Source: Octopus vulgaris
Taxonomy: Eukaryota
Length of the DNA stretch: 64,000 nucleotides
NCBI GenBank assembly: GCA_951406725.2
Contig: OX597823.1
Location: 27,032,001 to 27,096,000, forward strand
Direction: 5' to 3'
Within the stretch, counting starts at the first letter, position 1. Each line of letters begins with the position of its first letter. The position numbers and the translations under genes are program-made. This document shows positions 1 through 14,853 of this stretch, piece by piece. A model generated the notes under the pieces. It was not told where the DNA came from, did no database searches, and saw nothing but the letters and a program-made list of their open reading frames with translations.

Positions 1-18
1 TAAAAATAATGATAATAA

Positions 19-563
19 AGCCCTGATGCAGTACCGGGCAGTGGCTCTCATTGCTTCTGATCTTAACTGATTGGAACTGTTATCATGTACATTGTTTTGT
101 CTTGGTATAAAAGATGGGCTACAGCAAATATTCTGCGCAATACCACAGATTTGCTTGTCAGTTGTTTGATCTTAACCAGTTGAGCATGTCCCTTAGTGGC
201 TGACGATATGTGCATCTCTGATCATGAGCAGAAGTAGTGGGGGAGTATCATAGCCATGTGTTGAAAGGCATTCTTAGAGGTTTGGATAATTCACCTTTGG
301 AAACATGGGTGTTTCGTTTAACATCCTTAAAGAACCCTTATTCAGGCACCTTTTGAGCGGGATGGGTTACTCGACCAGAAGAAAATTCTTGTTGGGCCCC
401 ACCTGCAAGGTTATGTGCTGTTAATCTTGATATGAGGTCACCATGTCGCGCACATATGGTTGTGCTGCGCGTACCCGTATCAGACGGGTAGTCATGATGG
501 GTATACTGGTTTCGTATATTTTAACCCAGTGTCACTTTGATGGTATGCACTGCTCTCTCACTC
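19..563. mobile_element. ~545-bp non-coding interspersed repeat embedded in (AAT)n, copy 1
   Basis: Closely similar copy at 1721-2273 (aagccctga.gcagtaccgggcagtgg ... gcactgctctctcac); both bounded by AAT tracts. Confidence 0.75.
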
Positions 564-582
564 GATAATAATAATAATAATC

Positions 583-631
<49 letters not shown>

Positions 632-632
<1 letters not shown>

Positions 633-842
633 CCTCTCTATTATAAGCACAAGGTCTGAAACTTGGAGGAGAGGGATAGTGTATTACATCGACCCTAGTT
701 CTCAACAGGTACGTAATTTATCGACCCTGAAAGGATGAAATGTTAAGTCGACGTCGGCGGGATTTGAACTCAGAACGTAGCGACGGACGAAATACTGCTA
801 AGCATTTTTTCAGCACGCTAATGATTCTGCCAGCTAGCCGAG
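632..842 (-). mobile_element. SINE family A copy
   Basis: Reverse complement of the gcagaatc.ttagc...ctgagttcaaat.ccgccga.gtcgac...ttcatcctttc.gggtcgataaatta.gtacc motif seen ~12 times in the window; B-box-like GAGTTCAAAT. Confidence 0.75.
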
Positions 843-844
843 TT

Positions 845-889
<45 letters not shown>

Positions 890-1101
890 GTTTCAAATTT
901 TGCCACAATGGCAGCGATTTTGGGACAGCGGAAGAGCCGATTACATCGAACCCACTGGTCAAATGGTACTTATTTTATCGACCCTGATTGAATGACACTA
1001 AAGACGGCCACGGCGGAATTTGAACTCTGAACGTAGCGGTGGGCCAAGTACCGCTAAGCATTTCGTCCAGCACGCTAACGATTCTGCCAAGGTGGCCGCC
1101 T
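890..1101 (-). mobile_element. SINE family A copy
   Basis: Same motifs as 632-842, flanked by (AAT)n. Confidence 0.7.
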
Positions 1102-1109
1102 TTTTAAAC

Positions 1110-1164
<55 letters not shown>

Positions 1165-1469
1165 TAAAAATACGAAAACCTGGAAATAGAGGTAACCAGA
1201 ATGTGGAATCTAAAAACAGAAACAATTCCTATCATAATAGGTGCATAAGGCATGATAGAAAATATTCAGACAAATACATAACAAGAACACCAAGACTTAC
1301 AAACACATATAACATACAGAAAATTGCACTACTAGGCACTGCACACATCCTACGCAGAACACTTTCCATACAATAACCATCAGAGCATCACAACAAATCA
1401 CAGCACATACCCAAGGCACAAAGAGCTGCGCTCGGTAGTGAATTGAAAGCACGCTATAAAAATATACTA

Positions 1470-1472
<3 letters not shown>
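1165..1472 (+). mobile_element. R4/Dong-like LINE, short 3' fragment (RLE C-terminus + 3' UTR)
   Basis: Encodes NIQKIALLGTAHILRRTLSIQ; 3' UTR nearly identical to 3690-3788 and 4557-4653, ending tactactg|(AAT)n. Confidence 0.85.
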
Positions 1473-1565
<93 letters not shown>

Positions 1566-1610
1566 TAATGATGATAATGATGATGATGATGATGATGATA
1601 ATAATAATAA

Positions 1611-1709
<99 letters not shown>

Positions 1710-1720
1710 TAATGATAATA
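1473..1720. repeat. Compound (AAT)n/(GAT)n/(AGT)n microsatellite
   Basis: Direct reading. Confidence 0.95.
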
Positions 1721-2272
1721 AAGCCCTGACGCAGTACCGGGCAGTGGCTCTCATGGCTTCTGATCTTAACTGATTGGAACTGTTATCATGTACATTGTTT
1801 TGTCTTGGTATAAAAGATGGGCTACAGAAAATGTTCTGCTCAATACCACAGATTTGTTTGTCAGTTGTTTGATCTTAACCAGTTGAGCATGTCCCTTAGT
1901 GGCTGACGATATGTGCATCTCTGATCACGAGCAGAAGTATTGGGGTACCTTCATAGCCATATGTTGGGAGGGATTCTTTGGGGTTTGAATAATTCACCTC
2001 TGGGAACGTGGGTGTTTCGTTTAACATCCTTAAACAACCCTTATTCAGGGACCTTTTGAGCGGGATGGGTTACTCGACCAGAAGAAAATTCTAACTGGGC
2101 CCCACCTGCAAGGTCATGTGCTGTTTATCTTGATATGAGATTACCATGTCGCGCACATATGGTTGTGATGCATGTGCCTAATGTACCCTTATCAGACGGC
2201 TAATCATGATGGGTATACTGGGCATCGTATTTTACCCCAGTGTGACTTTGATGGCATGCACTGCTCTCTCAC

Positions 2273-2273
<1 letters not shown>
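1721..2273. mobile_element. ~545-bp interspersed repeat, copy 2
   Basis: Matches 19-563. Confidence 0.75.
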
Positions 2274-2347
<74 letters not shown>

Positions 2348-2365
2348 GTAATAATAGAAATAATG

Positions 2366-2446
<81 letters not shown>

Positions 2447-2449
<3 letters not shown>

Positions 2450-3788
2450 GAGCTCAATGCTAAAAACAGGTAATAGTTATCAACACTTTAGCTGTCCCAG
2501 TTATAAGCTACAGCTACAATATCCTTAACTGGACACGAAATGAACTGACCAAAATAGATAGGAAGACAAGAAAAATAATGACAGGATCTAGGATGCATCA
2601 CCCAAAATCTGACATAGAAAGACTATATATACAACGTATAGAAGGTGGTAGAGGCCTTATACAGCTGGAAAACTACTATAAAATAACCACCATAGGACTG
2701 CAAAAATATCTACTTCAGAAGGAAGGAAAACTGATCCAGATAGCGGCAAAACACGAGCAAAACAAAAAACTGTTCTCAGTATTTAAGGAAGCTGACAAAT
2801 ACAAACAAGAAATCATACCACCTAATAAACATGAAGAAGAAGATGAAGATGAAGAAACAGCAAAAGCTATAAAACAAATGAAATCCAAACTAAAAATAGA
2901 ACAGCAACGAACCATGATAAAACGATGGCAAGAAAAGTCCCTTCATGGTAAATACTGGACTAAACTAAACGCAAAAGAAATAGACAAAGAAAAATCCCAG
3001 CAATGGTTGAGAAGTCAGGACTCAAAGCAGAAACAGAGGGATTTTTAATTGCAGCACAAGACCAAAGCCTCCCCACCAGAAATTACCAAAAACATCTAAT
3101 GAAAAGAAATATTACAAGTAACTGCAGAATATGTGGAGATGGACAAGAAACAATAAATCATATTATCTCTAGCTGCCCAGTCCTGGCTAAGAAGGAATAT
3201 ATTCACAGACATGACAGAGCTGGAACCTACATACATTGGAAGCTATGCCAACATTATGGAATAACAACAGAAAAATTATGGTATAGGCACACACCAGAAA
3301 AGGTCACAGAAAACGAGAAAGCAACCATACTCTGGGATATGCCGATACACACAGATAGAGAAATTAAGGCCAACAGACAAGATATAGTTGTCAGAGATCA
3401 TGAAGAAAAAAATGCTTTCTAATTGATGTATCAATACCGGCAGATGACAACGTGTCTCTAAAAGAAATGGAGAAACTCTCAAAATACAAAGACCTAGAAA
3501 TAGAGGTAACTAGAATGTGGAATCTGAAAACAGAAACAATTCCTATCATAGTAGGTGCATTAGGCATGATAAAAAAATATTCAGACAAATACGTAACAAA
3601 AACACCAGGACTTACAAACACATATAACATACAGAAAATTGCACTACTAGGCACTGCACACATCCTACGCAGAACACTTTCCATACAATAACCATCAGAG
3701 CATCACAACAAATCACAGCACATACCCAAGGCACACAGAGCTGCGCTCGGTAGTGAAGTGAAAGGACGCTATAAAAATATACTACTGA
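2447..3788 (+). mobile_element. 5'-truncated R4/Dong-like non-LTR retrotransposon (RT C-terminus, CCHC knuckle, restriction-like endonuclease), frameshifted
   Basis: HHPKSDIERLYIQRIEGGRGL; ETEGFLIAAQDQSL; CRICGDGQETINHIISSC; RHD; ILWD..IHTDREIKANR.DIV; EKLSKYKDL; spread over ORFs 2578-3048, 3003-3422, 3452-3691; inserted in (AAT)n. Confidence 0.9.
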
Positions 3789-3815
3789 ATAATAATAATA
3801 ATAATAATGATAGCA

Positions 3816-4015
3816 ATCCTTTCTACTATAGGCACAAGGCCAGAAATTTTGGGGAGGAGACCTGTCAATTACATCGATCCCAGTGTTCCACTGGTACTTA
3901 ATTTGTTTACTCGGAAGGATGAAATGCAAAGTCGACTACGGCGGAATTTGAACTCAGCACGCATAGGCGGACGAAATAGCGTTAAGCGTGGTAAAGATTC
4001 TGCCATCTCGCCTCC
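3816..4015 (-). mobile_element. SINE family A copy
   Basis: Family A motifs on minus strand. Confidence 0.65.
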
Positions 4016-4024
4016 TTCTTTTCA

Positions 4025-4096
<72 letters not shown>

Positions 4097-4097
<1 letters not shown>

Positions 4098-4653
4098 GCT
4101 ATGGAAGCTATGCCAACATTATGGAATAACAACAGAAAAATTATGGTATAGGCACACACCAGAAAAGGTCACAGAAAACGAGAAAGCAACCATACTCTGG
4201 GATATGCCGATACACACAGATAGAGAAATTAAGGCCAACAGACCAGATATAGTTGTCAGAGACCATGAAGAAAAAAAATGCTTTCTAATTGATGTATCAA
4301 TACCGGCAGATGACAACGTGTCTCTAAAAGAAATGGAGAAACTCTCAAAATACAAAGACCTGGAAATAGAGGTAACTAGAATGTGGAATCTGAAAACAGA
4401 AACAATTCCTATCATAGTAGGTGCATTAGGCATGATAAAAAAATATTCAGACAAATACATAACAAAAACACCAGGACTTACAAACACATATAACATACAG
4501 AAAATTGCACTACTAGGCACTGCACACATCCTACGCAGAACACTTTCCATACAATAACCATCAGAGCATCACAACAAATCACAGCACATACCCAAGGCAC
4601 ACAGAGCTGCGCTCGGTAGTGAAGTGAAAGGACGCTATAAAAATATACTACTG
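4097..4653 (+). mobile_element. R4/Dong-like LINE 3' fragment with open RLE domain
   Basis: KANRPDIVVRDHEEKKCFLIDVSIPADDNVSLKEMEKLSKYKDL (PD..D..K); near-identical to 3236-3788; flanked by (AAT)n. Confidence 0.9.
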
Positions 4654-4675
4654 AATAATAATAATAATAATAATG

Positions 4676-4723
<48 letters not shown>

Positions 4724-5303
4724 TTAATAATAATAATAATGATAACCATGATAATGACATACCGTGGTAGAATATTTACGCAATTTAGTTTTCACGTAGT
4801 GAATAGTGCTTAATTGTATATTTGCAATAATATTATTTAATATATACATGCTAACGTAATTGCCTTCTTACACACATAGACAGAGAGACAGGTAGACACA
4901 CACACACACACACACAAACATAGTATATATATATATGTTTGTATAATGTATAAATATATATAATTATGTAGTTTTTTATACTTACATATGTTTAATACAT
5001 ACATACTATGTATATGCATGTATATATATATGTAAACTTACATCCATGTAGATAAGTTTACATATACAAATCGATATCTATATATACATACACAAACACA
5101 CACACACACACATACATTCCAATGCATACGTGCATTCATTATTTCGAAAGCTTTTGAAATACTGCACATCATTAGTTGCACTGGATTTGAACAAGAAACC
5201 ACAAAAAAGAGTTAATAAATGTGAAAGATTCAACGAATGCATACGAATAGATGAATATACAAAAATATATAAAAACATTTCCCCGACATTTATCTTTACC
5301 AAT

Positions 5304-5473
<170 letters not shown>

Positions 5474-5529
5474 ACACGCACGCAGACACATATTTGTATG
5501 TGTATATATATACATGTATGTATATAAAT

Positions 5530-7734
<2,205 letters not shown>

Positions 7735-8844
7735 CGCTCACATGTATATACGCGCGCCCATCACTACGTACACACACGTATATGCCCACGCCTCTAGGTC
7801 CAGGTATAAGATATTAAAGGATGTGTATAAGAACGTAAGTAAAGAATCCCGTACTCATGTCAATACGCGCACGCACACACGGCTGTGTGTCCGTATGTGC
7901 GTGCACATATACACCCATACACACACACAGAGAGACACACGCGCACATGGGTATAGCTATAAGATATCGAAGTATGCATGTACATATATGCGCGTGCATA
8001 TGTATGTATGCGTATACACACGTACGCGGACGCTCGTATATTCAAAAGATGGATTCATAGGTAAGTAAATAAACATATATAGAGGTGTAAAGCGATAAGT
8101 TAGGGGTAAGAATGAGGGTAAGGGTAAAGATTAGAAATAAAAAATACAGTATAAAATAAGAAATACAATGTAATAGTTAGAAATGAAGTATAAGAATTAT
8201 AAAAATTATAAGAGTTAAGGTAAGGGATGAAAATGAAAATGAGAATAAATGGAAGTAGAATAAAAGTAAAAATAAAATTAAAAATAAAAATAAATGGAAG
8301 TAGGATAAAAGTAAAAATAAAAGTAAAAATAAAAATAAAATAAAATAAGATAAAAATATAATTTTGTGAAGTTTAACATGAGATGGAGGTGGTTGAAAGT
8401 TAGAGGTGTGTGTTAAACGTAGGGGCGGGCGGGGGAACTGAAGATTGGAAGGGTGGGAAGTGGAGTTTGGCGGTGTGCGTTCAACATCTGAGTTAGAAAT
8501 GTGAAAGGGTTTAGATATAGGGAATTAAAGAGACTACATAGGGAGGATATGGGTGTAGGAGAAGAAATATTTGGGGAAAAGAAGTCATATATGGGAGACA
8601 AAATTTGTATATATAGGGGGAAAATACAGGGAACCGTATATGCACATACACACACCCACACACACACACACACACACGCACATGTGTATATATATGTATA
8701 TGTACACATACGTACACGTATGTGCACATACATACGCACACACACACACACACATACACACGCACATATAGGAAAGCGGGGTGTGCTGGAGCCGACAGGT
8801 TGCACCGGGTGGGAGGAAATTGCATGGGGGAGTTGGTATAAGAC

Positions 8845-11017
8845 CTAAGCATTGTAGTATTTGAAAGTATTAATAAGTTTATGTATACAGGATGGTTTGA
8901 ACTCTGACCTTTTGTTAATAAGATTGTGTTTGTCTTTGAATTTCAGGATGTTCAGGAGTTCTACACAGCATAGTTGGCATCCTGCTCTATTATTTAAATA
9001 AGGTGCAGCTGATCCGATGATGGACCATCTGAGTTTGAAGCCTATGCATTTGTCTTTTAATTCCCAAATTCTTTTAGAGAGGGAGGTGCTGTTAGCCTTA
9101 TGTCTGTGTCTCAGCGAGGACCGGTGGTTGTAGTATCTGGATTTCCAGGAGGTTGAGCAACCAATATAGGTGAGTGTGTTAAACTGAGTACTCACCTCAC
9201 ATGAGTATATTACGTTTTTCGCCCTACATGCGCCCTGCAGCGGGCACTCTGATGCACATCTGCAGTTGCATTGCATTTCATTATTCGGTCGTGTGCTGCT
9301 AATCCCAGGCGGAGGTGTTGCAATACGAGTGGGGGCGTTGGTATCCTCCTGGTTGTTGATGGGTGTAGTATTTCCTCTGTTGTGTTGGCGGGTGTTATTA
9401 CTAACTGTTTGGGTAGTATGGCTGTCAGTCTGGTTATATTGTCTACTGTCTAGATGAGGGGGGTTCTGTTGGTCGCTATGGTTTGCTCTTGATCTAGCTG
9501 TTCTAATATTAATATAGTTATGTTTAGCTATGAGGCAGCTCATGTTGGGCAGGGTAGAGTAGGAAATCCTAATAGTTTTGTTGGAGAAGATACTTCTATA
9601 CTTGTGGGTGGGTGGGAAGTTGTTGGAAATTATAGAGAATATTCTGTAACATAACTTACCCCTAACTGCTAAGTTGAAAGGTATGTTGAACCATATATAT
9701 TTGCGTAATCTACTATTATCCCTTCTATTTCTCCTAATAGGATCTATATTGTTCTCGTCGGGAGGGTTACTATTGTGTGCTGTTCTATTAGTTCGCCTAT
9801 TTCCTATACGTTGTTTGGAGTTTAAATTAGAATTATCGCTAGTGTGAGTTGAGTGCTGAGTTCGATTATAATTGGGAGTCTTATGGCCGACGGACGTTCC
9901 CGGGTGGTCTACATATGATATTCTCTGGTTATACCCGGCACTGTAGAGAGCCTGGTTGTAGTGTTGTGCATGATTATTGAAAATTTCTCTATTAGAGGAT
10001 AGTTTTGTCAGTCTGTCTGAGATGGCTTGGACCGTGGTGCTAATTATACAGGGTGGATGGTTGGAAGAGGTATGGATGTATTTGGTAGTTTCTTCTGGTT
10101 TCCTATACGGGTAGTGAAGGTGCTTATTCAAATCTAATGTAACATCTAAGAAGTTTACTATTTTAGTGTTGGTCATAAATTCTAGTTTAAGATTGAAGGA
10201 TTTGAAAAAAAGCCTGATCTTTTTCCTAATTCTTTCTAGTTTACTCCTATTGTTGGTGGGGTATATGAAGAGAGCGTCGTCTCTGTATAGACCCCCCTGA
10301 AGATCCGGTACCTCGGAGAAAAGCTTCTTGAGCAGGTAGGCCCCGACCAAGTCAGTCACCTGAGCTGAATCGCTCGAGCCCATAGCCACATCGAAATTGT
10401 CGGGGGTATCGGATCTGGTCCAGAGTCTACCGTCGAATTCTATTATGGTTTTTCTAGCTAATAGAATTATGTCAATTTTTTCTCTGTCTATGAGTGAAAG
10501 GTTGCGGGCAAAAATAAGGGATTTGTTAAGTAAGATGGGGGATATACTGGCGTAGTAGCTAGCTATGTCGAATTGGATGAATGAGTAGTCGGGCCTATTG
10601 GTGATAGTGTTAAACCATTCTAGCACATCGTTGGTGTTAATCCATAGTTGGAGTGGGATGTGGGGTTTGATGTGTGGGATCACCTTGTCCAGGATGGTCT
10701 TGCTAAGTCTGCCGATATCCGATTTAGTCGGACAGATTAATCGTACTCCTACACTATCTGGGAAGTCTTTCTTATGGTCTTTAATAGTAATTTTGGGTAC
10801 TTGTGGTTTAATAGGTTCTGTTCTGTCTAGGATGTCTAATTTGCTCATAACTTCCTTGATTTTGTAGTTAATTTCCTTAAGGTTATCCGTAGAAGTAGTT
10901 TTATACTTTTTGCTAAGTTCCCTCATGATGAGCGATTTGTAGGTTTGGTCGTCTAGCCTATACCAGTTCCCAGTCTTGTCGGCGGGTATGATAAGACTAT
11001 CATCGTTCCTAAGTGAA
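8845..11017 (-). CDS. Penelope-like element, Naiad-type RT + C-terminal GIY-YIG endonuclease; 5'-truncated but uninterrupted
   Basis: 693-aa ORF continues in frame upstream of the Met (SLRNDDSLIIPADKTGNWY); FIQFDIASYY, FDVAMGS.DSAQV.DLVG, LYRDD, NFLDVTLDL, YIHTSSNHPP; CNC...CPLQGAC, VIY...YIG, CQLC..E, RSE...CIH. Confidence 0.9.
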
Positions 11018-12134
11018 TGTACGCGCGTAATGTCCGTGTATATATGAGGATATTCTGTTGTATGTATGTGTGTGTGCGCGCGTGCGTGTGGGCGCGTGTG
11101 TGTTTATGGACGTGTTTAAACGCGAGTGCGTGTGTATGCTTTTATGCTTGGAGGCGTATATGTACGCGTGTATGTGGGTGTATGTATCCATGATGATATG
11201 TAAGTACCAGAAGTCCATTTAATTCAAGGAACCAGATTAAATGCTCATCAGCTCTGATTTACAACGCATTAAGTCCCCAGACGAAACTGTTGATTTACTG
11301 TTGATTTACTGACAATTCTACAACTAAATTTTATCAATCTCCTGACCACCATGCTTGGTCCGTAACCTCTATACATCCCTTATCTTTACATTCTTTTACA
11401 CTTTTATCATGGTTTTATCAGATTTTTTTACTTTTATTTCTATTTATTTTTATTTCTATTTCTATTTTTACTTTATAACCTTATGCCTTTACATTTATTT
11501 ATATTTCTTTATATTTCTTTATACCCCCTTTACATCTCCTTACAACTCTTTATCCTCTACATTTTTATATTATTCTATACTTACACTTTTTATACATTTT
11601 TTATCCCTAGTCCCGAACTCTCGCCCCTCCACCTTCACCTCTATATATGTATTTATTTATTTACATTACCTCAACATCCAATTTTCCTCATTCTACATTG
11701 AGAGAAGAAAGAGATGGACGCTTCAATTCTATGCTGCTGCCGCATTATGTCGTACGTGGATGAGAGGATTTGCATCCCCAACCAAGAATTTTTGATGTAA
11801 CACATGTCCTTGCGGAAGCTGTTGTGCGCGGCTGAAGAAGGCCACAGACATACATTATGCATTGTTATAAATCTGTCTAATAAAGGCCCGAAACATATGT
11901 ACCGCTGAATCCTTCGCATCATGTTTTTATTTTATTTTGATCAATTTACTCCACCACCTACACCACCAAACGGTATACACAGGTGCTTATAATTATCAAG
12001 TACTCACCCCGAATTTATATATATATATATACATATGCACAAACAAGATATTTGCGTTTGGGTACTTTACCAGCAGTATATTGGATAACCGATATCCCAT
12101 AGCGAGTTACCCTCATAACCCCTATCTTTACTTT

Positions 12135-12191
<57 letters not shown>

Positions 12192-12382
12192 GTGTGTGTG
12201 TGTGTGCGTTTTGTCTATATTTTACAAACACCTCTTTGTCCTATTTCTAAAAACGTAAATAAAAGCATCAACTGATATCTTACAAAATATAAAACATTCA
12301 TGTTCGGACTTAAATCTTGGTTGCATATAGACGTGCTTCTCTCTCTCACTCTTTAACAAACACACACACACACAAATGCATG

Positions 12383-12419
<37 letters not shown>

Positions 12420-12425
12420 AGATAA

Positions 12426-12487
<62 letters not shown>

Positions 12488-12492
12488 GGATG

Positions 12493-12559
<67 letters not shown>

Positions 12560-12581
12560 CGATAGATAAATAGATCTATAA

Positions 12582-12661
<80 letters not shown>

Positions 12662-13030
12662 CAAAAATCAAATAAAGTTTGAATTCTTATAACATATATA
12701 TTATAAGAAATCATAAATTCTTCATTGACTTCTGATATTTTATAGTATTCAACTGAATTTAGATAAATCGTATTCATCGTTGGTATATTAAGTTCTTTGA
12801 TTTATATTTTCTTGAATCACATGCATGCACCCATATGTATATATGTATGTATAAATGTACGCATGTATGTATCTATGAATTTATGAGTATACCTGTGTAG
12901 GTATATATATATATACACATATACATATATATATATATATATACATAGAGATATATATGCATATATATATATGTTTGTATGTGTAAATGTATGCATGTAT
13001 GTATCTATGAATTTAAGAGCATATGTATGT

Positions 13031-13085
<55 letters not shown>

Positions 13086-13166
13086 TATACATATATATAT
13101 ACATATATATATACATATATGTACATATATATACATATATATATACTTATATATATATATATATAC

Positions 13167-13170
<4 letters not shown>
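11018..13170. repeat. Right arm of inverted repeat (inverted pLTR plus flank) joined at the ORF 5' truncation
   Basis: Reverse complement of 5530-7734 with few substitutions and microsatellite length differences. Confidence 0.95.
11828..11905 (+). ncRNA. Type I hammerhead ribozyme (inverted pLTR copy)
   Basis: gcgg CTGAAGA aggcc...ggccc GAAA catatg TA ccgc. Confidence 0.85.
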
Positions 13171-13212
<42 letters not shown>

Positions 13213-13494
13213 AAGTGTAAACATGTATACTTGGTACCCTGCTTCATGAATTGTGTTACGTTGATTAGTATTACCGTTAAAACAACGTTACTGTTGGTTT
13301 TGTTAAAAATGGTAGTACATTTAGTTAGAATGCATTTACTGAACCATACGAAGCATGATAATCCAATGTAATGTGATATATTGTTCATTGTTGTTCTTCA
13401 TGTGTTTTGCACATGTGATTAATATGTACGATTTGCCTATGTGTGTATATGTGTGTATATTTGTATATTTTATATGTATATATGTGTTTATGAG

Positions 13495-13529
<35 letters not shown>

Positions 13530-13636
13530 ATTTTGAGTATCTGTCTTATCATTTATTTTCTTGTTGTTATTGGATAGTATGGGAAGCATGTTTTTTATAT
13601 ATCAATATTATTATTATAATTTTATAGTTATGTATA

Positions 13637-13768
13637 TCCTCTGAAGAGGCCTTTGGTTATTTAAACAGACAAATATCATCTTTAATGCCTAAGACTATAC
13701 TACAATGGCATATATGGGCAATTTAAGTTGGATTGCCTCTTGACCATAGGCTGAAACAGCTGTAAGGA
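13637..13768 (+). ncRNA. Type I hammerhead ribozyme with ~100-nt stem II, in a probable solo pLTR
   Basis: tcct CTGAAGA ggcctttggt...accataggct GAAA cagctg TA agga. Confidence 0.8.
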
Positions 13769-13924
13769 GCAGTTTATTTGTATTATTTTAATTTTATTAT
13801 TAATTTGCATATTGATGTATATTGTTCTGTTCGATTTTCATGTTCCTATTTGTATAATTAATAAATAATATGAAATTGTAATATCCGTAAGTTGATGATC
13901 GAAATGAATTTGTTCCTCCATTTT

Positions 13925-13999
<75 letters not shown>

Positions 14000-14065
14000 T
14001 TATATATATATATATATATATGCGCGATGACATTTGGTAAGCGGTATCGATTTTACAAATCTGTA

Positions 14066-14105
<40 letters not shown>

Positions 14106-14108
<3 letters not shown>

Positions 14109-14853
14109 GTGACACAGACAGACTGTATGTACAAAGAAAAAGGGGGAAGCGGACTTATTGGATGCAAACACAGTATTAGAGCAGAAGAAAACAACATAGC
14201 CTGGTTGGCAAAAAATGCCACAGAACAGCTGTTATCAGAAGTAGGGAGGTCAGGCTTGTTTAGGATGAAAGATTGCATAGAAAAAGCACTATACAAGAAA
14301 TTGAAAATGAATGAAACTGAAAATAGGTGGGAAAAGAAAAGAATGCGTGGTCAATTTTATAAGGAAGTTGAAGATTCGACAGACAGAAAAAAAGATGGCT
14401 GTGGATGATTAAAATTGATTTAAAACTGGAAACAAAAGCCCTAATCTGTGCTGCACAAGAGCAAGCACTAAGAACGAACTACATAAAATACAGAATAGAC
14501 AACACATCAGAAAGTGATAAGTGCAGAATCTCTCGACAAGACGGTGAAATCGTATGGCATATTAGCAGCCAATGTATGCCACTAGCCCAGAAGGAATATA
14601 AAAATACGCCACGACAATATATCCAGGCTTGTCCATTGGACACTTTGCAACAAGTATGAACTTGACAGAGAAAAAATTTGGTACGATAACAAACCTGAAG
14701 GCATTGTCGAAAATAGAAATGTAAATATCCTATGGTATTTTATAATTCAGTGAGACCATGGGATTGAAAATAGGAAGCCGGACATGCTCTTAATTGAGAA
14801 AGAAAACAAACTATGCAGGATCATAGACATAACATGCACAGCGGACAACAAGG
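14106..14853 (+). pseudogene. Decayed R4/Dong-like LINE 3' region (post-RT, CCHC, RLE)
   Basis: SDTDRLYVQRK, ETKALICAAQEQALRTNYIK..I.....SDKCRI, RKPDMLLIEKENKLCRIIDI; starts right after (AAT)n. Confidence 0.8.

Noticed and set aside
718-2463. Poly-I/N/L ORFs
   Set aside because: Translations of (AAT)n microsatellites
5130-5180. Minus-strand CTAATGA...GAAA with gtgca/tgcac stem
   Set aside because: Mutated core, no stem II or cleavage triplet
8845-10926. Selenoprotein-type Naiad
   Set aside because: No in-frame UGA in the ORF and no SECIS recognised by eye
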